Counted from the stretch's first letter, positions 36,882 to 46,467 are shown. The stretch is 64,000 nt of DNA from Acidobacteriota bacterium (GCA_947482665.1 CANKJK010000005.1:222-64221), one strand, 5' to 3'. Notes: generated by a model from the sequence alone, not told the origin. Numbers and translations: made by a program.

Positions 36882-39524
36882 CTAGAACGCGCCGATGTTC
36901 AGGCTGACCGTCACGCTCCGCCCACGCGACGGCGCGAACTGGAAGTGCTCGCGGTAGTAGCGATCGGCGAGGTTCTCGACGGCCACGTTCAGGCCGACAC
37001 GGTCGCGGCCGCGCGTCAACGCCACGCCGGCTCCCAGCCGCTGCACGGCAAAGCCATCGAGCGAGAGCAGGTCCTGGGCGATCCGGAACGGCGAGGTGAG
37101 CAGCGTCGGCGTCACCCGCGTGACATCCGTCTGCGCCCGCACGCCGTACTCGGCCCACCACCGCCCACGCGGCTCGGTGAAGCGGACGCCCACCAGCACT
37201 TTGACCGGCGTGATGTTGTCGGCCGGGGCGCCGTCCAGCGGCTTGCCGTCCAGCGGATTGATGCCCTTCGTGATGGTGCCGCGGGTGAAGGCGGCCGATC
37301 CGCTCAGCGTGACGACACCCTGGCGGAACACCCGTGCGGACTTCGCGGACAGCTCCAGCCCATGGATGCGGACATCCCCGTAGTTGGTGGCCTGCACCAG
37401 CGGTCCGCCTGGCGTGGTCGCCGTGGTCAGATCCTGGACGACGAAATCCTTGTATTGATTGACGAACACATACGCGCCGCCCGAGAGGTGCGGCACCGTG
37501 AAGGTCGCACCCAGGTCCACGTTATTGCCCTGCTCCGGCTTCAGCTTGATGTTGGGCGCGATGCTTCCGGCTGTGGCCGGGCCGGCATAGAGGAGTTCCT
37601 CGAGGTTCGGATGCCGGTAGCTGCGGCCGTACCGCAGGAACGGGCTCACGCGCCCCCCCGCATTGGCCACCAGGCCGATGTCTCCCGTCAGTGCCTTCCG
37701 CGCAATCGTCTCGCCCGCGGGATTCGGAAGCGTCGAGGGATCGACCGCGGGCTTCGCGCCCGCCACCACGGCCGCCACGTCATAGCCGGGCGTCGACTCC
37801 GTCGTCACGTTGTAGAAATCGCCACGCAGTCCGGCCACTAGCGAGAGGAGCGAGGAGAGGCGCCACTCGTCCTGGGCGAACACCGCCACGTCTCGCAGGC
37901 TTGCGTCCGGCACCCGGACCGGATGGGCCACCGACGCGGGACCGAGCTGCACCGGCGAGGGGAAAACGACCGGGGCCGGGCCGCGGGCGCCCAATGCGAC
38001 CTGCCCGAGCATCGAGGTCGTCGTCGACGTCGTGCGATTGTCGTGGCTGCCATCGCGGTAGAAGGTGAGCCCGGTGGTCAGCACGTGGTGTGGGGCCGGC
38101 GTCAGCACGGCCTGGAGATCCACGCCAGGGGTGTTCACCTTCTGGGTCGTCTTCGACAGGATGTCGAGGCGGAACACGGTGATGGGAAAGAAGGCCACCG
38201 GCGTCGGCGCGGGGAACTGCACCGGCAGCAGATTCTGGAGCTGCCGCTCGGTGCGCTGGTAGTGCCCGGTCAACGACAAGTTGGCCAACCAGGGCGTCAC
38301 CGCCTGCGCTTCGTATTTGGCGGAGACGCGATCCAGATTCGAGTACGGCAGCGAGGTCGTGTTGAAAAAATACGGCTGCACGAAGTCGGGGAATCCGACG
38401 TCCTCCATCCGGCGGCGCTGATAGCGCAGGCGGACCGTTCGACGGTCCGCGAGCTTCACGAGACCGGCCGCGTTGATGAAGGACCCGCTCGCGCTCGAGG
38501 CCGGCACCGCATTGCTGGTGCGCACGTAGGGCGCGTTGAACGGGTCGGGGAACGACTTGAAGGCAAAGCCGAAGTTCGTGTCGATCGTGTCGGCCTGCGT
38601 CAGCGCACCCGTCTGAAAGAAGGGACGCGTATCTTCGACCGTCAGCGTGCCGGCCTTGTAGTTGTCGTAGGCCTCGGCGCCCGCCTGGATGCGCACGGCG
38701 TAGCGTGGCGCGGTCACTCCGACCGTCCCGGTGCCACGGCGGCCCTTCTCGTTCGAGCTGTAAAAGCCGTTGAAGCCGTAGATCCACCGCACGTCGCTGG
38801 TGAGCGTGGGTTCGTTCGTGATGATGTTGATGGTGCCCGCGAGCGCGTCGGAGCCGTAGAGCAGCGTGCCCGCACCGTTGACCACCTCGACGCGGCTGAG
38901 CGCGTCCGGCGGAATCAGCCCCACCTCCGCACCCGTGCGGTCCGTCGCCTGCCTCGCTGTATTCAGCCGCTCACCGTCCACCAGCACCAGGAGCCGCGTC
39001 GAATCAAGTCCACGCAGCCGAGGCCGGATCCCGAATGGGCCGTTGCCCACCGGCGTGATGTTGGCCGTCATCGCCAGGGCATCGCCGGTTGACGTGGTGT
39101 TGGCTTCCTCGACGGCGGCGTGCGTGATGGCTTCGACGTGGAGCGGAATCTGGCGGGTCTCGCGGTCCGCCTTCGTCGCGGTGACGCTCACCTCGGCGCT
39201 CAGGGCACCGAGCTCCAGCGTCACGCGGACGTCGATGGACTCATCGGCTCTGGTGACGGATACGGTCCTGGCCGCCTCGGAAAAGCCCGAACGCGTGACG
39301 ATGACGAGGAAGGAGCCCGTCGTCGGCGCCTCGAGACTGAACCGGCCGGTCTGGTCCGTATCGACCGCCGACTCCCGCCCGGTCGCCACGCCTTTGAGCA
39401 CCACGTGGGCGCCGGCCATCGCGCCGCCACTCGTATCGAACACCGTGCCGGACACGGTCGCGGCCGTCGCGGCAGCCGCGCTCAGCAACGTCAACAGACA
39501 CACAGACAGCACTCGCGCTCGCAT
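36882..39524 (-). CDS. TonB-dependent receptor with N-terminal CarboxypepD_reg-like domain
   Basis: Start trimmed to MRARVLSVCLLTLLSAAAATA. Sequence shows TVSGTVFDTSGGAMAGAHVVLKG...TDQTGRFSL, then a plug (EAITHAAVEE...LLVLVDGERLN), a beta-barrel, and a terminal ...SLNIGAF. Confidence 0.88.
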   Translation of the reverse strand: MRARVLSVCLLTLLSAAAATAATVSGTVFDTSGGAMAGAHVVLKGVATGRESAVDTDQTGRFSLEAPTTGSFLVIVTRSGFSEAARTVSVTRADESIDVRVTLELGALSAEVSVTATKADRETRQIPLHVEAITHAAVEEANTTSTGDALAMTANITPVGNGPFGIRPRLRGLDSTRLLVLVDGERLNTARQATDRTGAEVGLIPPDALSRVEVVNGAGTLLYGSDALAGTINIITNEPTLTSDVRWIYGFNGFYSSNEKGRRGTGTVGVTAPRYAVRIQAGAEAYDNYKAGTLTVEDTRPFFQTGALTQADTIDTNFGFAFKSFPDPFNAPYVRTSNAVPASSASGSFINAAGLVKLADRRTVRLRYQRRRMEDVGFPDFVQPYFFNTTSLPYSNLDRVSAKYEAQAVTPWLANLSLTGHYQRTERQLQNLLPVQFPAPTPVAFFPITVFRLDILSKTTQKVNTPGVDLQAVLTPAPHHVLTTGLTFYRDGSHDNRTTSTTTSMLGQVALGARGPAPVVFPSPVQLGPASVAHPVRVPDASLRDVAVFAQDEWRLSSLLSLVAGLRGDFYNVTTESTPGYDVAAVVAGAKPAVDPSTLPNPAGETIARKALTGDIGLVANAGGRVSPFLRYGRSYRHPNLEELLYAGPATAGSIAPNIKLKPEQGNNVDLGATFTVPHLSGGAYVFVNQYKDFVVQDLTTATTPGGPLVQATNYGDVRIHGLELSAKSARVFRQGVVTLSGSAAFTRGTITKGINPLDGKPLDGAPADNITPVKVLVGVRFTEPRGRWWAEYGVRAQTDVTRVTPTLLTSPFRIAQDLLSLDGFAVQRLGAGVALTRGRDRVGLNVAVENLADRYYREHFQFAPSRGRSVTVSLNIGAF

Positions 39525-39597
39525 CACCACTCCCACTCCAATCGAGCCCGGACCAGGGCCAGCCGCTTGCGCCCCCCGGCCCTCGGGACATCCGATT

Positions 39598-39603
39598 ATT
39601 GTA
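39598..39603 (-). promoter_or_regulatory. -10 box (TACAAT) upstream of the TonB receptor
   Basis: Minus strand reads ggcccgcgaagggcc (hairpin) then ggTACAATaatcgg. This gives a leader of roughly 70 nt (the -10 box ends 73 nt before the ATG), ending in GGAGTGGGAG before the ATG. Confidence 0.3.
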
Positions 39604-39650
39604 CCGGCCCTTCGCGGGCCACGGGGAGCGCCGGCCATCCGGGCGCGGGG

Positions 39651-40772
39651 CTAGTCCGGCAGGGCGAGGATACGAATGTTCCGCCAGCGCATCGGCACGC
39701 CCTCCATCTGGACGATCACGTAGCCCGGCTCCTTGTAAGGATTCGTCCCCTTCGCAATGAGGGATCCGTTGATATAGGTCGTGACGACGCCGTTCTGGTG
39801 CACCACGCGCAGGGAGTTCCACTGCCCCACCGGACGCTGCACGCGCCGGCGGGTCTCCGGGTCCAGCTGCGACCCGGGCGTCAGGACGGCCATGAGATTC
39901 AGGTTGTGTCCCTGGACTTCAATGCGTGCGCCCGTGGGCGGAAAGACGAAGTGTTCGCGCACCGGAAACAGGACGCCTCCGTTCCCATCGAAGAAGTCGT
40001 CATCAGGGTCTGCATCTTTCGGCCGCTCGAAGAGCTGGTCGAACCGGAAGTCGAAGTTCCGGTACTGCTTGTCCGGATACCAGTAGCCCTCGGGCTGTCC
40101 CGAGAAGACCAGTTCGCGCTTCGCGGCATTCACCGTGACGGTGGTGCCGGGATTGGTCGTCCCGCATCCGGCCGGGGCCGGCTTGCACATGAAGCCGAGC
40201 ACGATGCCCAGTCCCTTCAGGTCCTTTCCATTGAAGGGGACATCGAACCCCTGCTCATTGAGTGGCTTCTGCTTGAGCGCCTCGATGTCGAGCGTCAGGG
40301 GCGACGGCCCGGCCGGGAACCCGTTGGCCTTGAGGATGAAGGCGAGAATCTCCAGCTTGGCCGCCGGGCTGACCGCGGCGGGGTTGCCGGCAGGCATCGT
40401 GTCGCGAATGCGGCGGAACAGGTGATAGACGGAGGGGTACTTCCGCGCAAGCGTGCCGCCGAGGGGCAGCAGCGTGTGCTCCGTCCGGTAGAACCCCGCT
40501 TCGGGGGGCATCATGTCTTTGGTGATCAGTGGTGGCGCGATGTGGCAGACGCCGCAGTTGCGAAGGAAGTGGGCACGGCCACGTGTCGCCTGCGCCTCGG
40601 TGTAGTACTGCGAGACAGGCTCACCCACCGGCGGCGTGACGGGGTCGCCCAGTCCGTTCACGGTGTTCGGGCCGAGTCCCTGTGCACGGCTCGCACCTCC
40701 GGGTCCGAACACGACCGCCGCACACACAACCGCACAGGCTGCCAGGATTGTTCGCTGATGCGACACCGTCAC
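39651..40772 (-). CDS. Secreted cytochrome c fused to DUF1080 (3-keto-disaccharide-hydrolase-like) domain
   Basis: GTG start overlapping the upstream stop (GTGA). A CxxCH motif is present (NCGVCHI). The C-terminal segment FNGKDLKGL...WNSLRVVHQNGVVTTYINGSLI...GYVIVQMEGVPMRWRNIRI is typical of DUF1080. Confidence 0.75.
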   Translation of the reverse strand: MTVSHQRTILAACAVVCAAVVFGPGGASRAQGLGPNTVNGLGDPVTPPVGEPVSQYYTEAQATRGRAHFLRNCGVCHIAPPLITKDMMPPEAGFYRTEHTLLPLGGTLARKYPSVYHLFRRIRDTMPAGNPAAVSPAAKLEILAFILKANGFPAGPSPLTLDIEALKQKPLNEQGFDVPFNGKDLKGLGIVLGFMCKPAPAGCGTTNPGTTVTVNAAKRELVFSGQPEGYWYPDKQYRNFDFRFDQLFERPKDADPDDDFFDGNGGVLFPVREHFVFPPTGARIEVQGHNLNLMAVLTPGSQLDPETRRRVQRPVGQWNSLRVVHQNGVVTTYINGSLIAKGTNPYKEPGYVIVQMEGVPMRWRNIRILALPD

Positions 40773-41245
40773 TTCACACCCCCAGCTGGCGCGGACCGCA
40801 CAATCACAGCCGCAAGACTTTCAGGTGCGAGTTCCCGACTCCCCGCCGGGCTCTCGCCCCGCTTCAGCATGTAGGCCAGCACGTCAGCATTCTGCTGCGG
40901 GCTCAAATGCCCGCTCAGGTTGAGCGGCATCCGCGTCTGCATCACGTCGAACACCAGCGAGAGCGACCGCCGGTTCCACTTCGCCGTGAAGACCGGGCCC
41001 GCCAAGGCCGGCGCCAGCACCGTGCCCGCCAGAGCCAGCCCGTGGCACATGGAGCAGTTCTCCCGGTAGAGCGGTTCACCGCGCGCGGCCTGCTCCTCGG
41101 TATACACGCCATCCCACTGGGACGTCTGCACGGCGGCCGGCGAGGCTGTCCGCGCCACGGCCTGCGCGCCAGCCGCCCCGGGCACCGCGCTCACCCACAC
41201 CGTCGCACACACCGCCGCCAGGACGGCCACGCGCTTCATCCTCAT
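40769..41245 (-). CDS. Secreted monohaem c-type cytochrome
   Basis: 158 aa with a signal peptide. A CxxCH motif is present (NCSMCHG), and a distal Met lies in VFDVMQTRMP. Confidence 0.8.
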   Translation of the reverse strand: MRMKRVAVLAAVCATVWVSAVPGAAGAQAVARTASPAAVQTSQWDGVYTEEQAARGEPLYRENCSMCHGLALAGTVLAPALAGPVFTAKWNRRSLSLVFDVMQTRMPLNLSGHLSPQQNADVLAYMLKRGESPAGSRELAPESLAAVIVRSAPAGGVK

Positions 41246-41287
41246 GACTGTTCTCCCGTGCCGGCCAGGTACGCCGTCGCGTCGGTG

Positions 41288-41830
41288 CTATTGCGGCGGC
41301 AGGTTGATCTTCGGCCCCATCACCTCAATGGTGAAGCCGAGCTGCGGCATCATGTCGACGTAGCCGAAGTTGTACTGCTCCACGCCCTGCACCCACTTCC
41401 CGCCCTTCGACTCAAGGTATTTGATCGCTGGCATCCACTCGGGCACGGCGAAGGCGATGTGGTGCACGCTCTCGCCGTACTTCTCAAGGTGGTCACGCCA
41501 GGGGCTGGGCCCCTCGAGCGGCTCGATGAGCTCGAGGCTCATGCCATTCGCCTGAAGCATCGTGGTCTTGGTGCCCATGGTCTTGCCGGGCCCGTAGGAC
41601 GGCGGAAACGGGATGTTCTTCACGATGCGCGTCGCCGGGACCGGGACGCCGAAGATGTCGGCAAAGACCTTCGCCGACTTGTCGACGTCCTTCACCACGA
41701 TGGCCACGTGCCCGAACTTGCCCTCGAGCTTGTTGATGGGCGCCTGCCCTTTCACGAGTGTGCTGGTCAGCAACGATCCCAGGGCAAATCCGACGATTCC
41801 GGTGACGACAGTGCGACGCATGGCGGTCAT
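41288..41830 (-). CDS. Membrane-anchored/secreted VOC (glyoxalase/dioxygenase-fold) protein
   Basis: An N-terminal hydrophobic segment is followed by FGHVAIVVKDVDKSAKVFADIFG...LELIEPL...VHHIAFAV. Confidence 0.78.
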   Translation of the reverse strand: MTAMRRTVVTGIVGFALGSLLTSTLVKGQAPINKLEGKFGHVAIVVKDVDKSAKVFADIFGVPVPATRIVKNIPFPPSYGPGKTMGTKTTMLQANGMSLELIEPLEGPSPWRDHLEKYGESVHHIAFAVPEWMPAIKYLESKGGKWVQGVEQYNFGYVDMMPQLGFTIEVMGPKINLPPQ

Positions 41831-41879
41831 GGATGCTCCTCCAGCCGCCTAGCCTAGCCTGAAACGCGGTTCCCGCCGC

Positions 41880-44800
41880 CTAGACGTGCGGGAACGCGGA
41901 CACCGCGAGGAGCTGTTCGAGATAGAGCGCGGAGAGCTTCTCCTGCACCGTGTTCTGCTTGAGCCGCGCGTTCAGATGCGGGAAGTCCACGCGGTCCATC
42001 AGTTGATCCTGATTGAAGCAGGTGAAGACGAAGCGCTCAGCGCCGGTGACCGGATCCACATGCCGCTGGAGGCACTGGGCGCAGACCTCCTTCATCATGC
42101 ACTGCATCGGCGAATTGATGCTGGCCAGGGCCACATGGTCCGGCTTCAGGTACGGCGCCAGCACGGCGCTGCGGGCGGCCTTCACCGCCGCCATCATCCG
42201 GTCGGACCCGATCGCGATGATGCGGTCGACGGTGGACAATGGCACGAGCGGCACCCCGAACTGGCCGTTCGCATACGCCACCATCGACTGCACGATGTTC
42301 CCGCGGAAGTGGGCGTCCTGTGGACGGCCCGGCACGATCTCGACACCAACGTCCGTGCTCCAGATCACCTGATCGGTCGCCCGCTCGATCTCCTCACGTT
42401 TGAAGAGGTCCTCGCCCTTCTTGTAGCCCGCGAAGTAGATCACGCGGTTGCCCGTGCTCCGGAGCGCCTTCGCGATGGAGAACAGCACGGCATTGCCGAG
42501 ACCGCCGCCGGCGAGGAGCACCGCCTCACCAGACGGAATCTCCGTCGGCGCGCCGGTGGGCCCCATGACGACGACAGGCTCGCCCGGCTGAAGATAGGCC
42601 ACGAGCCGGCTGGAGACACCCATTTCCAGCGTGATGAGTGAGAGCAGGCCCTTCTCCCGATCCACCCACGCGCCGGTCAGAGCGATGCCTTCCATCAACA
42701 GCGGGGTGGTGCGACCCTGCCAGGTAGCCTGCTTCGCCAGGGTTTCGAAGTTCTGCAGGCGGTAGAACTGCCCGGGCTCGAAGCGCCGGGCCGCCGCGGG
42801 CGCGTGCACGACGACTTCAACGATCGTGTCCGTGAGTCGCCGCACCTCGTGGACGCGCGCCAGGAGTTCGGCGTCGAGCCTGGCTGCCAGCGCCTGCCAC
42901 GCGGCCTCGCGGGCGGTCTGCGCTGCCGGATCGCCGGCCACGGTGTCGCGCGCGAAGAGCGCGGTCACGTACGGGTAGCCGTCCTTCGCCGACGCCATCG
43001 CCTTGACGACATTGCCGGCATAGGCCGGGTGATTGTCCCCGTAGTAGGAGACCAGCCGACCGCCGGTGTTGTGCGAAGTGAAGAAGCCGGTGTCGTCCGG
43101 CACCAGCCGCCAGGTGCCCGCCTCTTCGACGGCCCGGTGCCCCTGGAAGAACTTCTTCTTGGCGTCGAGGGTGAACGAACCCGGCTGTTCCTTCTCGTAG
43201 GTGATGTTGGGACTGGTGCCGGCGGCCACCAGCACCGCACGGGCCGACAAGGTGATCTGGCCCGCCTCGCGATCGAACACGACGGCCTTCACATGGCCGG
43301 ACTCGTCCGCCACGGCATCCACCGGGTTCAGGTTCTCGGCGAAGGCAATCCCTTCCTCGAGCGCCTTGACGATCTCCTCGTGATTCAGCCGGTAGGCCGG
43401 CGCGTCCACCATGCGCTTGCGATACGCCAGGGTCACGCCCCCCCACGCCCGCACGAGCGGCGCGAAGTCCGGCGCCTCACCGGCGGCCGCGGCCCGCGCG
43501 CGTTCGGCGCGCACGGCCCGGCCATGCACGAGGAACTCGTCGACGACCGACTGTTCCTCCGGGTCGTACATGGCACGCACCCGCGCTTCGCCCAGTTCGG
43601 CGGTGAGCGCCTCGTACCGGTCGAGCGTCTTCTCCACCTGCAGCGGGTAGTACGCCAGGAGTTCCGTCGCGGTATCGACCGCCGTCAGCCCGCCGCCGAC
43701 CACGATCGCGGGCAGCCGGACCTGCAGGTTCGGCAGCGCGCCGCGCTTGAACGCCCCGGTCAGCTGCAGGGCCATCAGGAAGTCGCTCGCCTTGCGCACG
43801 CCCCGGATCAGGTTGTGCTTCATGTCGATCACGGTGGGCTTGCCGGCCCCGGCCGCGATCGCCACGTGGTCGAACCCGTGCGCCCACGCCTCATCGAGCG
43901 TGAGCGTGCCGCCGAACCGGATGCCGCCGTAGATGCGCAGGCGGTCACGCCGGGCGAGCGTCAGATGCAGCAGCGTGAGGAAGTTCTTGTCCCACCGGAC
44001 GGTGATGCCGTACTCCGACACGCCGCCGAAGCCCTCCAGCACGCGCTCGTCGAGCGGCCGGTAGATCGACGCCCACTGCTCCACCGGCTCGGGCACCATG
44101 CCGTCACCACCTGTGAGCGCCGCGGGCAACGGCTCGATCTTGAGACCGTCGACCGCCACCACGCCGAAGCCTTCGTTGAGCAGGTAGTGCGAGAGCGTAT
44201 AGCCGGCCGGGCCGAGTCCGACGACCAGCACATTCCGCCCGTTGTAGGGCAAGGCATAGGGCCGGCGGACATTCAGCGGATTCCAGCGCGTCAGCAGGCC
44301 GTAGATCTCGACGCCCCAGGGCATCTGGAGCACATCGGTCAAGGCCCCGGTTTCAATCTGCGGAATGTTGACCGGCTCCTGCTTCTGGTAGATGCAGGCC
44401 TTCATGCAGTCGTTGCAGATGCGATGACCGGTGCCCGGGCACATCGGGTTGTCGATGGCGATGATCGCCAGCGCGCCGACCGAATCGCCCGCCTTGCGCA
44501 GCAGGTGCATCTCCGAAATCTTCTCGTCAAGCGGACACCCTGCCAGAGGAATGCCGAGCGCGTTCTTCGAAACCTGTCCTTCCTTGTCCCGGAGTCCTTT
44601 GGAGCAGGAGTCCTTGTCGCGCTCGTGGCAGAGCACGCAGTAGTGCACGTCGCTCAGCACGTTCGGCGCATCCCACCGGCCGTCCGTGAGCACGAAGCCG
44701 TCGCGACGGCGCCGGTGGCCGTCTGGGCCAATCATCACCTCGGGCTGCTCCGCGAGCGGACGCTCGATGCGGACCAGATTGAACGGCTCAATGGACTCGG

Positions 44801-45410
44801 GGAACCGGAAGATGACCCAGTCGTGCGTGGCCGGGTGGTGCAGGAAGGCCGCGCACCACCGCTTCAGCGCGTCGACGTCGGCCGCCACCGCCGCACGGTC
44901 GGCGTCCGTGCCGGCCCGCGCCGCCGCTTCCCGGTCCAGCACGGCGCACCCGGCCGCAGCCAGAGCCGCTTCCCGCGCCAGATGCCCGTGCGGGGCGAGC
45001 AGGCGATCGACGATGACGGCGTCCGCCTCGGCCAGCATGGGCGCGAGACCGCCCTTCACACTGGGCAGCACGCGACGTCGAACAAAGTCCACCTTGAAGC
45101 GGAACAACGTGTCGAGGGCCCGCGTCCCGGTCTCGGCGGCCGCCATGGCGCTCTCGATGCGGAACAGCCGGCCGAGGAACCGGCTGACATGCGGCGCCAT
45201 CCGGACGACCAGGTCGGAGATCTCCGTGGCAGGGCGCGGAGCATCCGGCGCGGCCGCGTACGCCGACCATTCGGCCCAGAGCGCCGGGTCCGCCGTGGCG
45301 GCCTCTCGCGCAAAGACGCCGTGCAGGTCGCGAAGACGCTCGGGCACGTGGAGGTCCGCGTAGCGGAATCCCTCAAGCCCCAGGGAGAGAGAAGCGGGTG
45401 TGGTGTGCAT
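41880..45410 (-). CDS. 1176-aa multidomain iron-sulfur flavoprotein: unknown N-domain + GltD/NfnB-like + PyrK/NfnA-like
   Basis: The first ~250 aa match no motif I recognise. Cys clusters are YCVLCHERDKDSC, GCPLDE and MCPGTGHRICNDCMKAC. Two dinucleotide folds are VLVVGLGPAGYT and AIVVGGGLTAVD. The C-terminus is FEPGQFYRLQ...VLLAGGGLGNAVLFSIAKAL...QCMMKEVCAQC...FTC, a PyrK-type 2Fe-2S pattern. Confidence 0.8.
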   Translation of the reverse strand: MHTTPASLSLGLEGFRYADLHVPERLRDLHGVFAREAATADPALWAEWSAYAAAPDAPRPATEISDLVVRMAPHVSRFLGRLFRIESAMAAAETGTRALDTLFRFKVDFVRRRVLPSVKGGLAPMLAEADAVIVDRLLAPHGHLAREAALAAAGCAVLDREAAARAGTDADRAAVAADVDALKRWCAAFLHHPATHDWVIFRFPESIEPFNLVRIERPLAEQPEVMIGPDGHRRRRDGFVLTDGRWDAPNVLSDVHYCVLCHERDKDSCSKGLRDKEGQVSKNALGIPLAGCPLDEKISEMHLLRKAGDSVGALAIIAIDNPMCPGTGHRICNDCMKACIYQKQEPVNIPQIETGALTDVLQMPWGVEIYGLLTRWNPLNVRRPYALPYNGRNVLVVGLGPAGYTLSHYLLNEGFGVVAVDGLKIEPLPAALTGGDGMVPEPVEQWASIYRPLDERVLEGFGGVSEYGITVRWDKNFLTLLHLTLARRDRLRIYGGIRFGGTLTLDEAWAHGFDHVAIAAGAGKPTVIDMKHNLIRGVRKASDFLMALQLTGAFKRGALPNLQVRLPAIVVGGGLTAVDTATELLAYYPLQVEKTLDRYEALTAELGEARVRAMYDPEEQSVVDEFLVHGRAVRAERARAAAAGEAPDFAPLVRAWGGVTLAYRKRMVDAPAYRLNHEEIVKALEEGIAFAENLNPVDAVADESGHVKAVVFDREAGQITLSARAVLVAAGTSPNITYEKEQPGSFTLDAKKKFFQGHRAVEEAGTWRLVPDDTGFFTSHNTGGRLVSYYGDNHPAYAGNVVKAMASAKDGYPYVTALFARDTVAGDPAAQTAREAAWQALAARLDAELLARVHEVRRLTDTIVEVVVHAPAAARRFEPGQFYRLQNFETLAKQATWQGRTTPLLMEGIALTGAWVDREKGLLSLITLEMGVSSRLVAYLQPGEPVVVMGPTGAPTEIPSGEAVLLAGGGLGNAVLFSIAKALRSTGNRVIYFAGYKKGEDLFKREEIERATDQVIWSTDVGVEIVPGRPQDAHFRGNIVQSMVAYANGQFGVPLVPLSTVDRIIAIGSDRMMAAVKAARSAVLAPYLKPDHVALASINSPMQCMMKEVCAQCLQRHVDPVTGAERFVFTCFNQDQLMDRVDFPHLNARLKQNTVQEKLSALYLEQLLAVSAFPHV

Positions 45411-45465
45411 AGGTGGGCGTTCCGTGAAACGTACGCGATGCGGGAGAGCCGGTCAAACCGAAGGG

Positions 45466-45471
45466 TATAAT
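45466..45471 (+). promoter_or_regulatory. Consensus -10 box (TATAAT) 9 nt before the thiS GTG
   Basis: Reads aagggTATAATccattcgcgGTG. No SD is present. Confidence 0.4.
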
Positions 45472-45480
45472 CCATTCGCG

Positions 45481-45681
45481 GTGGAAATCACACTGAACGG
45501 CGAGACCTATCCGATCGAGGCGCCGCTGTCGGTGGTCGAACTGCTGGCGCGGCTCTCCATTGACCCGCGCCGCGTGGCCATCGAGCACAACCTCGCGATC
45601 GTCCGTCGTCACGCCTTCCCGGAGACGGTGGTCCGCGACGGCGACCGCATCGAAATCGTCAATTTCGTCGGCGGAGGCTAG
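45481..45681 (+). CDS. thiS: Sulfur-carrier protein ThiS
   Basis: GTG start. 66 aa: VEITLNGETYPIEAPLSVVELLARL...GDRIEIVNFVGGG, with a C-terminal GG. Confidence 0.85.
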   Translation: MEITLNGETYPIEAPLSVVELLARLSIDPRRVAIEHNLAIVRRHAFPETVVRDGDRIEIVNFVGGG

Positions 45682-45687
45682 GTCCAG

Positions 45688-46467
45688 ATGGTGGATTCCC
45701 CCCTGACGATCGCCGGGCGGACGTTCCGCTCGCGCCTGATCGTCGGCACCGGCAAGTACCCGTCACACGAGATCATGCGCCAGGCGCACCAGGCCTCTGG
45801 CGCCGACATGGTCACGGTGGCGGTCCGGCGCGTAAACCTCACGGACCGGACGCAGGAGTCGCTGCTCGACTACATCGATACGACCGCGATCACGCTCCTG
45901 CCGAACACCGCCGGCTGCTACACGGTGGAGGACGCCGTGCGCACGGCGCGGCTCGGACGGGAAGCGGGCCTCTCCCATTGGGTCAAGCTCGAGGTCATCG
46001 GCGACGAGCGCACGCTCTTTCCGGACAACGAGGCCCTCATCGCGGCGACTCGCATCCTCGTGGCCGAAGGCTTCGTGGTGCTCCCCTACACAAACGACGA
46101 CCCGATCGCCTGCCGCAAGCTCGAAGAGGCGGGCGCGGCAGCCGTGATGCCGCTCGGCGCCCCCATCGGCTCGGGCCTGGGCATCCAGAATCCGAACAAC
46201 ATCCGGATTATCCGGGAGTTCTCGAAGGTCCCCGTGATTGTCGACGCCGGTGTGGGCACGGCCTCCGACGCGGCCTTCGCGATGGAACTGGGCGCCGACG
46301 CCGTGCTCATGAACACGGCGATCGCCGGTGCCCAGCATCCGGTGGCCATGGCCGAAGCCATGCGCCATGCCGTCATCGCCGGGCGGCTGGCCTATCTCTC
46401 GGGACGGATTCCCCGGAAGATGTACGCGACCGCGAGCAGCCCGGTGGAGGGCATGGTCGGGCGATGA
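45688..46467 (+). CDS. thiG: Thiazole synthase
   Basis: [19 protein letters not shown]...VTVAVRR...LLPNTAGC...KLEVIGD...LPYTNDD...[10 protein letters not shown]...[13 protein letters not shown]. Confidence 0.95.
   Translation: MVDSPLTIAGRTFRSRLIVGTGKYPSHEIMRQAHQASGADMVTVAVRRVNLTDRTQESLLDYIDTTAITLLPNTAGCYTVEDAVRTARLGREAGLSHWVKLEVIGDERTLFPDNEALIAATRILVAEGFVVLPYTNDDPIACRKLEEAGAAAVMPLGAPIGSGLGIQNPNNIRIIREFSKVPVIVDAGVGTASDAAFAMELGADAVLMNTAIAGAQHPVAMAEAMRHAVIAGRLAYLSGRIPRKMYATASSPVEGMVGR

Noticed and set aside
39525-39650. Possible riboswitch (for example cobalamin) in the leader of the TonB-dependent receptor.
   Set aside because: The leader is only ~70 nt and lacks a B12-box-like element. It is better explained as a small hairpin plus a TACAAT promoter and SD.
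42804-45470. Very long plus-strand ORF (888 aa) opposite the 1176-aa flavoprotein gene. Similar long antisense ORFs occur at 8662-10632, 27260-28978, 22170-23459, 32334-33803, 39120-40874, 46392-47891 and 50376-51656.
   Set aside because: Their translations are Arg/Gly/Pro/Ala-rich low-complexity strings with no motifs. Each lies antisense to a gene with clear family signatures. This is the expected stop-codon-poor artefact of GC-rich DNA.
45411-45480. Expected TPP (THI-box) riboswitch upstream of thiS.
   Set aside because: The gap is only 70 nt. I could not find the conserved CUGAGA / ACCUGAUCUGGAUAAUGCCAGCG-type core by eye. An Infernal scan is needed for certainty.
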